Origin: Octopus vulgaris
Lineage: Eukaryota
DNA: 64,000 nt
Direction of reading: 5' to 3'
Assembly: GCA_951406725.2 (NCBI GenBank)
Contig: OX597827.1
Span: forward strand, 60,078,001 to 60,142,000
Within the stretch, counting starts at the first letter, position 1; each line of letters opens with the position of its first letter. Below, piece after piece: positions 14,967 through 27,011 of the stretch. The position numbers and the translations under genes were made by a program. The notes beneath the pieces are model-generated. The model ran no database searches, was not told the origin of the DNA, and saw only the letters and a program-made list of their open reading frames with translations.

Positions 14967-15271
14967 ATGGCTCAGTGGTTAGAGCGTCGAGCTTACGATC
15001 GTGAGGTTGTGAGTTCGATTCCTGGACCGGGCTGCGTGTTGTGTTCTTGAGCAAAGACACTTTATTTCACGTTGCTCTAGTTTACTCAGCTGTAGAAATG
15101 AGTTGCAACGTCACAGGTGCCAAGCTGTATCGGCCTTTGTCTCTCCCTTGGACAACATCGATGGCGTGGAGAGGATAGGTTGGTATGCATGGGCGACTGC
15201 TGGTTCTCCATACACAAGCTCACCTGGACTTGCGCCTCGGAGGGCAACTTTCTAGGTGCAATCCCATGGTC
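14967..15271 (+). mobile_element. tRNA-derived CORE-type SINE with the 'F' tail
   Basis: A-box TGGCTCAGTGG, B-box GTTCGATTCC, CORE-like GTTCTTGAGCAAAGACACTT; tail GTGCCAAGCTGTATCGGCC is shared with 63880-64000 (-). Confidence 0.85.
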
Positions 15272-15275
15272 TTTC

Positions 15276-15327
<52 letters not shown>

Positions 15328-15451
15328 ATACTTGCCATCTCAATATGGTTAACCACTAAGGGTGGGTGTTACTGTAGCTTGTAGCCCCAGGAGAACATCG
15401 TCTCCAGCTGGCTTTAGGCACACTTGGGTGGGTGTTATACCTCGTTTAGAG

Positions 15452-15506
<55 letters not shown>

Positions 15507-16711
15507 TACATTATTATATGATCGAACTCCACGCATCCTTTTCCCAGTGAGTTTTATCTAAATAATTACGATGCGCACTCTTCTTCTTTACTATCTCTTC
15601 TCTGTTTATCTCTCTCCCTCTCTTGTCCTTCATCCTTTCTGGTTTTCTCTCCCACACTTCCCTATTCTTCTCCTCTCCCCTTCACCGTTCCCTCTTTCTC
15701 ACTCCTCCTCCTCCTCCTCCTCGACTCTCTCGTCGCTGACACCTGAGGAGAGGGAATCCATCTTTCCGACTACTACCTTCGCAAACACTAAACGGGCTTT
15801 TCCTGTCTCTTCATAAGCTCGTCTTCTTTGAACGTTCAGAATAATTTTTCCATCGTCTTGGCTTAACAACCCTCACCGTTTGTTTTTACCATTTTGTTCT
15901 CCTTGTTCTGTCTTTTACTGTTTTTACTTTTTATTATTTTTACTGTGTGTGTGTGTGTGTCAGAGAAAAAATCGGCACAAATGAGTACGCTTTGTGTACT
16001 TTTGTATTGTGTCAAAGCCCACCCTCGGATACGGACAACTTGTGTGTACAAGCGATGGTGATTAACTTGTAAGCCGAAACTTGAATGGCCTATGCAATTG
16101 ACATTTATTTCAATAAATTATTTTCTAAACAATTTTCGTATTCGTTCTTCAACGGAACACATATACAGCATTATTATAGTAACTGTGTTTAATGTTTCTT
16201 TAATATTATACCAAGGACAGTGAAAACTACGCTTCGATGACGAGGTCAGATTAATAAAACATTACGGGGGTTATTTCCCTTGTTTACTAAGAAAGGGAAA
16301 ATAACATTAATTATTGAGTAATACCATTTTTTTTCTTCACTAAATATTTATTTCTGGTTAGCTTTTTAAAATGTTCCCTGCATCAAATGTGTTAACACTA
16401 ACTTGTCTATGTTGCTATGAATTTATGTCAGGTTTCATATATATATAGACATACAAGCATTATATATATATATATATGTATATAGATGCGTGTTCGTCTG
16501 TATGTTTGTATGTATATGTATGTACGTCTATATGTTTGTATGTGTATTATGTTTGGGTGGATATGTGTGTGAGCGTACGTGAGAGTCAATAGGTTTGTAT
16601 TCGGTCTATGATTGTATATAGTAATGTTTATGTCTGTATTTACAAAATGCCATCGGTTTGTTGAGTGATGCAAATATTTGTATATATACATGGGTGTGTG
16701 TTGTGTGTTGT

Positions 16712-16756
<45 letters not shown>

Positions 16757-17542
16757 GTTGAATTTAATCGAACATGCCACCGGGCGTGAGAAGCGTGTTA
16801 ATGTTTATCGCGCAATTTCTCTCTTTTTCTTATCCCATATATGTATGTATGTTTTTATGAATGTATATGTATGTGTGCGTGTGTGTATGTATGTGTGTAT
16901 GTATGTGTATGTATGTATCTATATGTATGTATGTACGTATGTGTGTATGTTAGCATGTGTGTGTATATGTATGCATGTGTGTGTATGCATATATATATGT
17001 ATATATGTATATGTATACAGACACGTACATACATATACCAACATACGTAATTATGTGTATATCTGCGTGTGTTATGTATATACACACGCGCGCATGCATA
17101 TACACATACAAATTGCATATATTTACAGACAGACAGATAAATAGATTGACACATATAGGTATATATATATATATATATACATATATATATACACACATAC
17201 TATGTTTCCTTTTATTATGCAGGTCAATTATTCTTCAATAAAATCAAAGCCATTTATCCGATTTTCTTGAAATTTTTACGAGCTATTTAGGATTATGTAT
17301 CCCAGGTCACGTGTAGTTTTTCATCTAAATTGGCGTACACGTAAAGCAGAAATGAAGAAAAACACGTTTATAGGATGTTTCTTTTTTTATGCAAGTTAAC
17401 AAATATTACATAAACTACATCTAATGTGATTTACATATAGAGCAATACATAACCAGACCATTAACATATATGTATATCTTCTACCAAACAATCATTATAC
17501 ATTTTACATCTTTATATAGCCTCCTTTAAAAATAAAATGAAT

Positions 17543-17766
17543 GCTCATGGGCCCGGTTTCTCGGTTTCAATGGCGTATGTGTTCCGCATCTGGACGGGAC
17601 GCCAGTCCATCGCAGCGTTACTCATTTTTGCCAGCTGAGTGGACTGGAGCAACGGGAAATGAAGTGTTTTGCTCAAAAACACAACGCGTCGCCCGGTCTA
17701 GGAATGGAAACCACAATCTTACGATCATGATGCTGACACCCTAACCACTAAGCCACGCGCCTCCAC
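17543..17766 (-). mobile_element. CORE-type SINE family E
   Basis: Homologous to 1835-2084 and 49572-49810. Confidence 0.9.
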
Positions 17767-17785
17767 CATACCCTTCTTTACCATA

Positions 17786-18008
17786 AGCTGGCAGAATCGT
17801 TAGCACGCCGGGCAAAATGCCTAGCAGTATTTCGTCTGTCGTTACGTTCTGAGTTCAAATTCCGCCGAGGTTGACTTTGCCTTTCATCCTTTCGGGGTCG
17901 ATAAATAAAGTACCAGTTTCGCACTGGGGTCGATATTATCGACTTAATCCCTTTGTCTGTCCTTGTTTATCCCCTCTGTGTTTAGCCCCTTGTGGGTAAT
18001 AAAGAAAC
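17786..18008 (+). mobile_element. SINE family C
   Basis: AGCTGGCAGAATCGTTAGCACGCCGG, B-box GAGTTCAAATTCC, central GCCTTTCATCCTTTCGGGGTCGATAAA, tail GTGGGTAATAAAGAAA. Confidence 0.9.
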
Positions 18009-18019
18009 ATATAAATCTA

Positions 18020-18440
18020 AATATTCTCTCATCAACTGATTTTGTCAATTTCTCAACAATCTTACCTTTAATATTACTTGCAGCAGTTTTTATTGCTTTC
18101 CATAGTAAAACCTTGTTTGCATATTATTTACCATTAGAGTATGCATTTAAAAAAATAATTGACCACAATTTTTCTATTGGATCCAGATCTGGAGATTGCG
18201 GTGGGTGGAGTGGGTACAATTCTGTTATCTTGTTCTTTGAAACCTTTCTTAGCTAAACGGTTAATAGTGAGTTTGGCAGAGTGTGAAGGAGCATTATCAT
18301 GCATTATCATGCTTAAATATGTTCTTTAACTTGAAACTTCGCGATGTTGACTTGTGCCAATGGAAGAAGTTGTCATCTAGAAAACTTACAATAATTTTCA
18401 GCATTTATTTCGACTCCATCAGCAAACTTAAATGGACCTT
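18020..18440 (-). pseudogene. Decayed Tc1-family transposase
   Basis: Minus-strand MHDNAPSH (about 18285-18305) and HPPQSPDLDPIEKLW (about 18163-18207). Confidence 0.8.
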
Positions 18441-18479
18441 CAATGTACATACCTACATATATATGCATATATACTTGCA

Positions 18480-18954
18480 TATATGGGTAGAGGACATTAA
18501 AAAAAAACAACGAGACAGGATGAGAAACGAGAACATATAAAACAAAAACAAAGAAAACGATCTTTTTGTCGGACAACGAAAAAACAGAGAGACGAGACAT
18601 GCAACATAAAGAACATTCCCTTCATCAGTTGTCCCCTGTTTTATTTACTCCGCGTTTTGGAGGCAAGGACAAGACGCGACTTCGTTAAAACAGTCCTTCC
18701 AGCAAAGCAAACTAAATAGAATTTGAGATTTTTTGCGGAGGATGAAAGTAGTAACAAAGACAGGACAGTGAGAATAAAACAGTAAAAACAAACGGAGAGG
18801 GCTGTTAATTTAAGATGATGTGAAAAACGAGCTTTGAGAAGCGACAGATAAAAGCACGTCTTGTCTTTAGGAAGGAAGTGGAAGAAAGAAAGAATGGTCG
18901 TTAGTCACGTGTGAGCAACGAGAGAGTCAAGGAGGAAAAGTGAGAGAGAGAGAG

Positions 18955-18960
<6 letters not shown>
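18480..18960 (-). mobile_element. PLE-type short repeat with decayed tandem hammerhead remnants
   Basis: Homologous to 26404-26700 and 45473-45780; minus-strand GACAACTGATGAAGGG near 18625. Confidence 0.55.
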
Positions 18961-18993
<33 letters not shown>

Positions 18994-19198
18994 GTAAGGT
19001 TTTTTCCTCGAATTTTATAATTTTTATAATTTTATATATATATATATATACATATATTTTTGAGCTTTTTTTGTTTATCGCTCGAAGATTGACCGTTATT
19101 TCTAAAGGGCCAATCAAACAAGTCCATTTTTTTTTTAAAGGTGTAGCGTTTGTAAGAGTCTAGATTGAATTGATATATCGGTTCCATTCTAGCAAAAA

Positions 19199-19236
19199 CT
19201 GTCTGATGAACGGCAACGAGAAACTCAGAGTAACAG
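19199..19236 (+). ncRNA. Minimal type I hammerhead with a mismatched stem II closing pair
   Basis: ctgt-CTGATGA-acggcaacga-GAAA-ctcagag-TA-acag. Confidence 0.6.
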
Positions 19237-19268
19237 ATTTTGTTGAATTTTCTGCTGCTTTAAATAAA

Positions 19269-19343
<75 letters not shown>

Positions 19344-19379
19344 TAAAGTTAGTTAGAATAAGATTGAATGGAATCAATG

Positions 19380-19840
19380 TAGATCATTTTCCCTATATAA
19401 CCTGTTTCAGTAAGGCAGAGTTATAAAATTCGACCTTATCATTGAAAATGTCAACATTAGCAGATAACTTAGACAATCTAAATGAAATATTCTTAACTAA
19501 TTAAATCTAATCTCTCATTGCAGTTTCGTGAAGCTATTATTAGGAATTTTCCAAAGAATTTTAGGTATTACCCTATTATCAACTCACATACGGTTAGGAT
19601 TTGTTTTTTCCAACACTAAAATCTCTTACAAATTATCTCTTCACATAATAGCAACCTGTTAAATATTAATACATTTACTAATACTAATATTAATTTAGCT
19701 AATACCATCCATCCCTCTACAAATATTAATAGCAAAGTTATTGTATCTAAAGTCAATTACAATAGAATCAAGTTTATGTCAAGTAACTCTAAAATTAAAA
19801 ATTCTATATACTAGTGCAAAATTATTACTAGTAATCAAGT
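19380..19840 (+). pseudogene. Decayed PLE linker-region fragment
   Basis: IRNFPKNFRYYPIINSHTVRICFS (about 19538-19610) resembles the PLE HFP...NTVKISYS block. Confidence 0.5.
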
Positions 19841-19977
19841 ATATTCTATCGGTATCTCTTGCCGAACCGCTAGGTGACGCGGCCGTAAACACACCAGCAT
19901 CGTTTGTCAAGCGATGTTGGTGGGGACAAACACAGACACAGGTTTATTTTACTTTGACAATCCCTAACCAATAACTC

Positions 19978-20085
<108 letters not shown>

Positions 20086-20269
20086 ATTGAATATGGTATT
20101 TATCAGATAGGCCTACAGTACATTGTTGCGACAGGGACACCAAAAGGTGCTTTAATTTGAGGATAATCATCCTTTCTTTTATGCACCCGAAATAAATTTA
20201 CTATTCCATATATTCCTGGATTGTTTTACTTTCTTATATGCATAAAAAGAGTATAGATAAAACTATAAA

Positions 20270-21927
20270 CAACATACAACCAACCGAACGACAAACCAAC
20301 CAACCAAACAACCGATCGACAAAACAACCAACCAACAAACCAACCAACCAACCAACCACCTAACCGACAAACCACCCAACCAACCAACCGACAAATCAAC
20401 CAACAAACCAACCAACTAACAAGCAAACCAACCAGCCAAACAACCAACCGACAAACCAACCAACCAACGAACCAACCAACAAACTAACACACGAACCAAA
20501 CAACCAGCCAACCGACAACCAAGCCAACCAAACAACCAATCGACAAACACACCAACCAGCCAACAAACCAACCACCCAACTAACCGACAAACCAACCACC
20601 CAATCAGACAACCAAACTGACAAACCAACCAACCAGCCAACCAACAAACCAAACAACCAACAAACCAACCAAACAACTAACCGACAAACCAAACAACCAA
20701 ACAACCGACAAACCAGCCAACCACACAACCAACCGACAAACCAGCCAACCAAACAACCAACAAACCAACCAACCAACCAACAAACCAAACAACCATCAAA
20801 CCACCCAAACAACCGACAAACTAGCCAACCAAACAGCCAACCGACAAACCAGCCAACCAACCAACCAACCGACAAACCAACCAACCAAACAACCAACCGA
20901 CAAACCAGCCAACCAAACAACCAACCTACAAACCAGCCAACCATCAACCAACCGGCAAACCAACCAACCAAACAACCAACCGACAAACCAGCCAACCAAA
21001 CAACCAACCGACAAACCAGCCAACCAAATAACCAAACAACCAACCGACAAACCAGCCAACCAAGCAACCAACCGACAAACCAACCAACCAAACAACCAGC
21101 CGACAAACCAGCCAACCAAACAACCAACCCACAAACCAACCAACCACTAACCAACCGACAAACCAGCCAACCACCAACCAACCGACAAACCAACCGACAA
21201 ACCAGCCAACCAAACAACCAACCGACAAACCAGCCAACCAAACAACCAACCGACAAACCAGCCAACCACCAACCAACCGACAAACCAGCCAACCAAACAA
21301 CCAACCGACAAACCAGCCAACCGACAAACCAACCAACCAAACAACCAACCGACAAACCAGCCAACCGACAAACCAGCCAACCACCAACCAACCGACAAAC
21401 CAACCGACAAACCAGCCAACCAAACAACCAACCGACAAACCAGCCAACCAAACAACCAACCGACAAACCAGCCAACCACCAACCAACCGACAAACCAGCC
21501 AACCACCAACCAACCGACAAACCAACCAACCAAACAACCAACCGACAAACCAGCCAACCATCAACCAACCGACAAACCAACCAACCAAACAACCAACCGA
21601 CAAACCAGCCAACCAAACAACCAACCGACAAACCAGCCAACCAAACAACCAACCGACAAACCAGCCAACCAAACAACCAACCGACAAACCAACCAACCAA
21701 CCAACCAACCGACAAACCAGCCAACCATCAACCAACCGACAAACCAGCCAACCAACAACCACCAACCGACCGACAAACCCACCAACCAAACAACCAACCG
21801 ACAAACCAACCAACCAACCAAACAACCAACCGACAAACCAACCAACCAACCAACCAACCGACAAACCAGTCAACCAACCAACCAACCAACCGACAAACCA
21901 GCCAACCAACCAACCGACCGACAAACC
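20270..21927. repeat. 28-bp (CAAC)-derived satellite, CAACCAACCGACAAACCAGCCAACCAAA
   Basis: Read directly; the 84-nt (28-aa) periodicity of the minus-strand pseudo-ORFs agrees. Confidence 0.95.
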
Positions 21928-22139
21928 ATTTTGATGAATTTCTCAATTTTTTCTCTTCTTTTGTCTTTAGATTTTGTTTTCGTTATTTAGTTAATGAACT
22001 CACGTATTATTGTTTATAACGGAAAAGTTGACGTAGTTTACTATTTGTTTGTTTGTTTGGTTGTGTTTGATGTTATTTCTTTTTGTTTTTTTTTGTTGTT
22101 GTTTGTGTACGTGTGTTTTCTCTTTTTTTGTTGTTGTTC

Positions 22140-23261
22140 TTCTTCTTCTTCCAATCAGGACTCTCGTCATTAGCCACAAAGTATAATCTCAATTCGAGCC
22201 TATTCTAAGCTACTAAGAATGCGTGTGGCAACTTGAAGGTCCACCCACCACACCAGATAGACTGGCGATTGCGCGGACGCAAAAGCTACGTTGTTATCCT
22301 CATTCCATACACGGTGGTTTTTTGGGTTTTTTTAACGGATGGAGTGCTGAACCATCCTGGAGTATAGAGAATTCGTAATCTAGACTAGGGTCTGAAAGTT
22401 TACCACACCATAGTGGGTTACACCATGGTTCCTCTGCTTTGTGGCAGAAGTAGGAAGAAAGAGTGAAAGAAAGTTGTGGTGAACTGGCGGCGAGCTGACA
22501 GAATTGTTAGCATGCCGGGCGAAATGCTTAGCGGTATTTCGTCTGCCTCTACGTTCTGAGTTCATATTCCTACCGAGGTCGTTTTTGCCTTTCATCCTTT
22601 CTGGATCGATAAATTAAGTACCAGTTACGCACTGGGGTCGATGTAATCGACTTAATACCTATGTCTGTCCTTGTTTGTCCCCTCTGTGTTTAGCCCCTTG
22701 TGGGTAGTAAAGAAATAGGTATTTCGTCTACCGTTACGTTCTGGGTTCAAATTCCGCCGAGGTCGACTTTGCCTTTCATCCTCTCGGGGTCGATTAAATA
22801 TGTACCAGTTACGCACTGGGGTCGATATAATCGACTTAATCCGTCTGTCTTTCCTTGTTGTCTCCTCTGTGTGTTCCCGCTTGTGGGTAGTAAAGAAATA
22901 AGGTATTTCGTCTGCCTCTACGTTCTGAGTTCAAATTCCGCCGAGGTCGACTTTGCCTTTCATCCTTTCGGGGTCGATTAAATAAGTACTAGTTACGCAC
23001 TGGAGTCGATGTAATCGACTTAATCCGTCTGTCTTTCCTTGTTGTCCCCTCTGTGTGTACCCCCTTGTGGGTAGTAAAGAAATAAGAAAGTTGTGGTGAA
23101 AGAGTACAGCGGAGTTCACCCCGCCACTAACCCACCGGAGCCTCGTGGAGCTTAGGTGTTTTTGCTAAAAAAAACACTCACAATGCCCGGTCTGGGAATC
23201 GAAACCGCGTTCTTACGACAGCGAGTCCGCTATCCTAGCCACTGGGCCATTGCGCCTCCAC
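22140..23261 (-). mobile_element. tRNA-derived SINE family B' interrupted by a SINE C trimer
   Basis: Matches 60296-60793 in reverse once 22484-23100 is removed. Confidence 0.9.
22484..23083 (+). mobile_element. SINE C concatemer (1 full unit and 2 headless units) with a 17-bp TSD
   Basis: AAGAAAGTTGTGGTGAA at 22467-22483 and 23084-23100; internal junctions AAAGAAATA(A)|GGTATTTCGTCT. Confidence 0.92.
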
Positions 23262-23863
23262 TGTTACTGTTGTGAGAATGCTGCAAGTTTGGTAGTAATT
23301 GTTGTTGTTGCTGTGGTGGTGGTGGTTTCGAGGTTTGCTGTTTTTTGTTGTAGTTTTGGTGTTTGTGCTGGTGCGTGATTATTTTAAGTTTTTTTTTTCT
23401 TTCCACGTTTTGAGTTTTTCATGATGGAGCTATATTTTCTAGCATTTACTTTCTACCCCTCTTGGTAATCATTTGCCAATCTTTGGGTTCCTTCTTCGTT
23501 CTTTCCGTCATAAAACAATGACAGAAAGAGATAGGTGAATGCTGGTTGTAGCACGCAACGCGCGTGTGCATTTTCGTCATCGCTTTTTTTTTTTTCGTCT
23601 TTTTGATCTTGCTACAGCTTTTGTGCTGTTGCCGTGATTGGTAATATTGTAGTAGGACGTCAGCAGCAAATGAGTTTTAGCTATTATTGCCAGAGGACAG
23701 AAAGCCTCCTGACGGCTAGTGCTCTGCCACAAAACTAATCACCAACTCATATATAAGACAATCAAGAAGTAACGAAATTGGGAAAGCATTCACGCTAATA
23801 AAACTGCTACGGGAGAGGTGTTCGCTAAACCAGCAAACCAACCAGCAAATCAATTCAGTCTGG

Positions 23864-23982
<119 letters not shown>

Positions 23983-24060
23983 GAAAGAATGGCTATGGGC
24001 TCCGTGTGGGCAGTCATCTAAAAGTTTTTGTGCATCTTGATGCTGACATAAGTTCCTTGC

Positions 24061-24143
24061 TTTTCCTGATGAGAAGGCGGCATAATGCACCCCTTATTCC
24101 TTCGAAATTAGGAATATGCAGCCTTCGAAACATATGTCGAAAA
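24061..24143 (+). ncRNA. Type I hammerhead ribozyme: intact core, extended stem II, palindromic stem III
   Basis: ttttc-CTGATGA-gaaggc-(42 nt)-gccttc-GAAA-CATATG-TC-gaaaa; predicted GUC cleavage after 24138. Confidence 0.85.
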
Positions 24144-24347
24144 TAAAATAAAGGAATTTTGTTAATTCGTCGTTCAACTCCATTCTTTCATTTATTTGTT
24201 TTAAAAAAACACACGCAAATTTCCACACGATAGCACGTGATCTCTGCCCTAGGCATGTAGCTTCAACCGTGTTTTTCTGACGTGAATTTGCTACGCAGGT
24301 ATCGGTTAACCGAATTATCCATAATAAGATAATTCATTCAACTACTC

Positions 24348-24440
<93 letters not shown>

Positions 24441-24488
24441 CACACACAACACAAAAACCGCTAGATTCACTTTAACATTTAAATTTAA

Positions 24489-24539
24489 TTTGTCAAAATA
24501 TTTTCGTCGCTTTGAAACCGCGACCTGTTCACTGACAAA
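24489..24539 (-). ncRNA. Hammerhead-like motif with a G3:C8 swapped core
   Basis: Minus strand reads tttgtca-GTGAACA-g-gtcgc-ggtttcaaa-gcgac-GAAA-ATAT-TT-tgacaaa. Confidence 0.65.
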
Positions 24540-24749
24540 ATTCCGTGTTAGTGAGCCGATCGCGGTTTCCAGGCGACGAAGATATTTTGTAAAAAAAGTC
24601 AATTTGAATGTTCAAATGAATCTAACTGTTTTTGTGTGTTTGTAAATGGCTTATAAACACCTTCCTGGCTGGAATTCTATTTGTTTCAGCACACGATCTC
24701 CGACCAAGTCACTTGCTATGTAAGTATATCTCCATTATACATATATATA

Positions 24750-24998
24750 TTCTTTTATTCTTTTATTTGTTTCAGTCATTTGACTTCGGCCGTACTTGGG
24801 CACCGCCCTAAAGGGTTTTAGTCGAAGAAATCGACCTCAGGACTTATTCTTTGTAAGCCTTTGTCGGTCTCTTTTTCCGGACCGCTAAGTTACGGGGACA
24901 TAAATACTCCAGCATCAGTTGTCAAGCGATGGAGGGAGTGCATAAACACAAACACACACGCACACACACAGACACACAAACACATACACACACGCACG

Positions 24999-25069
<71 letters not shown>

Positions 25070-25657
25070 CGGGCTTCTTTCAGTTTCCGTCTACCACATC
25101 CACTCACAAGGCTTTGGTCGGTCCGAGGCTATAATAGAAGATTCGGATCTTTTCGGTTTGAACGGCAGTTTTTAACATAATTTCTAGGTAACTAAAAAAA
25201 TGTTAAACTTCGTATACTAGTAGAATGTGTTTATAAAACATCTTTTTCTCTTGGCTTTATTGAGAAAATTCTATAGTTTGTAAGATATTTGTTGTTTTTT
25301 TCTTCAATTTCTGCAATTTCAACCAATCAATGACGTCTATTGAGGTAAAACACATTCTGTGCCGTATGAATAGGTCCCTCATTTAAGAAACAGATTGGGT
25401 TTATTTACATTTATGAAGAAAAAAAGATACCATTCCCCCCACCCCTAACCCTAACTCTAACCCTAACCCTAAAACAGATTGAAATGCAATAGATCGATAC
25501 TAGGGTCATAACTATGGGTTACAATTTCATATGACACCGCTAGAAAAACTGCCGTTCAAACCGAAAAGATCCGAAGACTCTGAACCATAGTGTCACGCAG
25601 TGGGACTGGAGCCGGAAATATGTGGTTGAGAAGGAAGCTTCTTACCACGCAGCCATA
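24750..25657 (-). mobile_element. SINE family A interrupted by a MITE
   Basis: Family A sequence resumes after 25580. Confidence 0.88.
25145..25572. mobile_element. MITE with about 28-bp TIRs, an 8-bp TSD and internal (CCCTAA)5
   Basis: TIRs GGATCTTTTCGGTTTGAACGGCAGTTTT / AAAACTGCCGTTCAAACCGAAAAGATCC; TSD GAAGATTC / GAAGACTC. Confidence 0.9.
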
Positions 25658-25822
25658 CATAAAGCTGAAACTAAGAGGAGAGTGATTTATTCACACCCAA
25701 AACATTTTTATTAAATTGTCTTCTACAGAATATTCTTATATTTATTTCAGTCATTTGACTGCGGCCATGCTGGAGCACCGCCTTTTAGTTGAGCAAATTG
25801 ACCCCAGAACTTATTCTTTGTA

Positions 25823-26040
25823 AGCTTAGTAAATTAATTTGGGATCTAAAAGACCACAATAAACAGTTTAATTTAGATTGGTTGATTCTGTCAATATCGA
25901 TACCTTATGACAAAGGCAAAGAATTTTGTCTTCTTTGTAATTATGAACTATTTTTTATTCTTTTTTCTAAAACTCCCCTTGTAAACATTATATATAATTT
26001 AAGCATTAATTTTCTTTTTACATTTCACATTCACTAGATA
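25823..26040 (+). pseudogene. C-terminal fragment of a PLE GIY-YIG endonuclease
   Basis: LSKLIWDLKDHNKQFNLDWLIL...PYDKGKEFCLLCNYE matches the PLE LSKxIWxLK...W.I...Y...CxLCxxE pattern; a hammerhead lies 210 bp downstream. Confidence 0.75.
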
Positions 26041-26249
26041 TATATTTTTCCTAGTCTATAATATACATATAGTCATATACTTCTCATTTATTTTGTTTTT
26101 CTTTACTTTATCCCTCCTCTTTCTTTAGGCTACCTCTGACGTTATATACTATAACGTTTTTTTGAAACAATATTAATAGCTTTCAGTTAATCACTATACA
26201 TATCCATCACTTCCTGTTAAAATGTCTTATTGACGAATTTCACTTCTTC

Positions 26250-26325
26250 ACTTCCCTGAAGAGTAGTTTACACCATTTTATTCCCTTGGAATAATATCAA
26301 TATCTTCGAAACATGTGTCGGAAGT
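26250..26325 (+). ncRNA. Type I hammerhead ribozyme with an intact core
   Basis: acttcc-CTGAAGA-gtag...cttc-GAAA-CATGTG-TC-ggaagt; 6-bp stem I and one mismatch in stem II. Confidence 0.8.
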
Positions 26326-26358
26326 AAAATAATTTGAATAACACCTGCGTTAAACTCC

Positions 26359-26399
<41 letters not shown>

Positions 26400-26697
26400 T
26401 ATACCAGTGGACAAACGACAGACGGGCACCCTCCCCCTCTTTCTCTTTTTCTCTCTCTCTGTCTCTATTCTGTCTTTTCGCTTTTCAAAAAATTGCTTCT
26501 CCCGGCGTTCACTATTTTCCTCTCGTTCTGGTCTAACGACCCTCCATGTTTGTTTTCGTTCGGTTTCCTTGTGTGTCCCACTGTCATTTTTGTTCCCAAC
26601 TTTCACCCTCCAAAAATCCTAAATTATATTTTAGAATTTATCGGAGCAACTGTCTTTGAAGACTCACATTGTCGTTGAATGCTCAAATGAGGAGTAG

Positions 26698-26821
<124 letters not shown>

Positions 26822-26889
26822 TGATGATGATAATAATTACATCGAAAAATACTTTAGGGATAAGAACCCAGGTTCGAAATTTCCCCAAT

Positions 26890-26930
26890 ACACATAATGA
26901 AGGCTGGGTATATCAGCCGAAACGTTGTGT
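26890..26930 (+). ncRNA. Decayed minimal hammerhead in a repeat downstream of (TAA)n
   Basis: acac-ATAATGA-a-ggctg-ggtatat-cagcc-GAAA-CG-TT-gtgt; two core substitutions. Confidence 0.55.
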
Positions 26931-27011
26931 TAACAACAAACAAGATGAGGACAAATATCCGTCAAATGTAAATAATGTACATAATTCTTCATCTCTTAAA
27001 TATAGAAACTG

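Noticed and set aside
14967-15030. tRNA genes (also 42130-42200, 60296-60370)
   Set aside because: A and B boxes are present but continue into SINE bodies or are degenerate, with no intact cloverleaf or acceptor stem.
20396-21924. 442-aa and 326-aa W/L/V/G-rich ORFs
   Set aside because: Translations of a 28-bp satellite that is open in several frames because the strand lacks A.
25443-25472. Telomere or chromosome-fusion scar
   Set aside because: Only 5 units, and they lie inside a TIR/TSD-bounded MITE.
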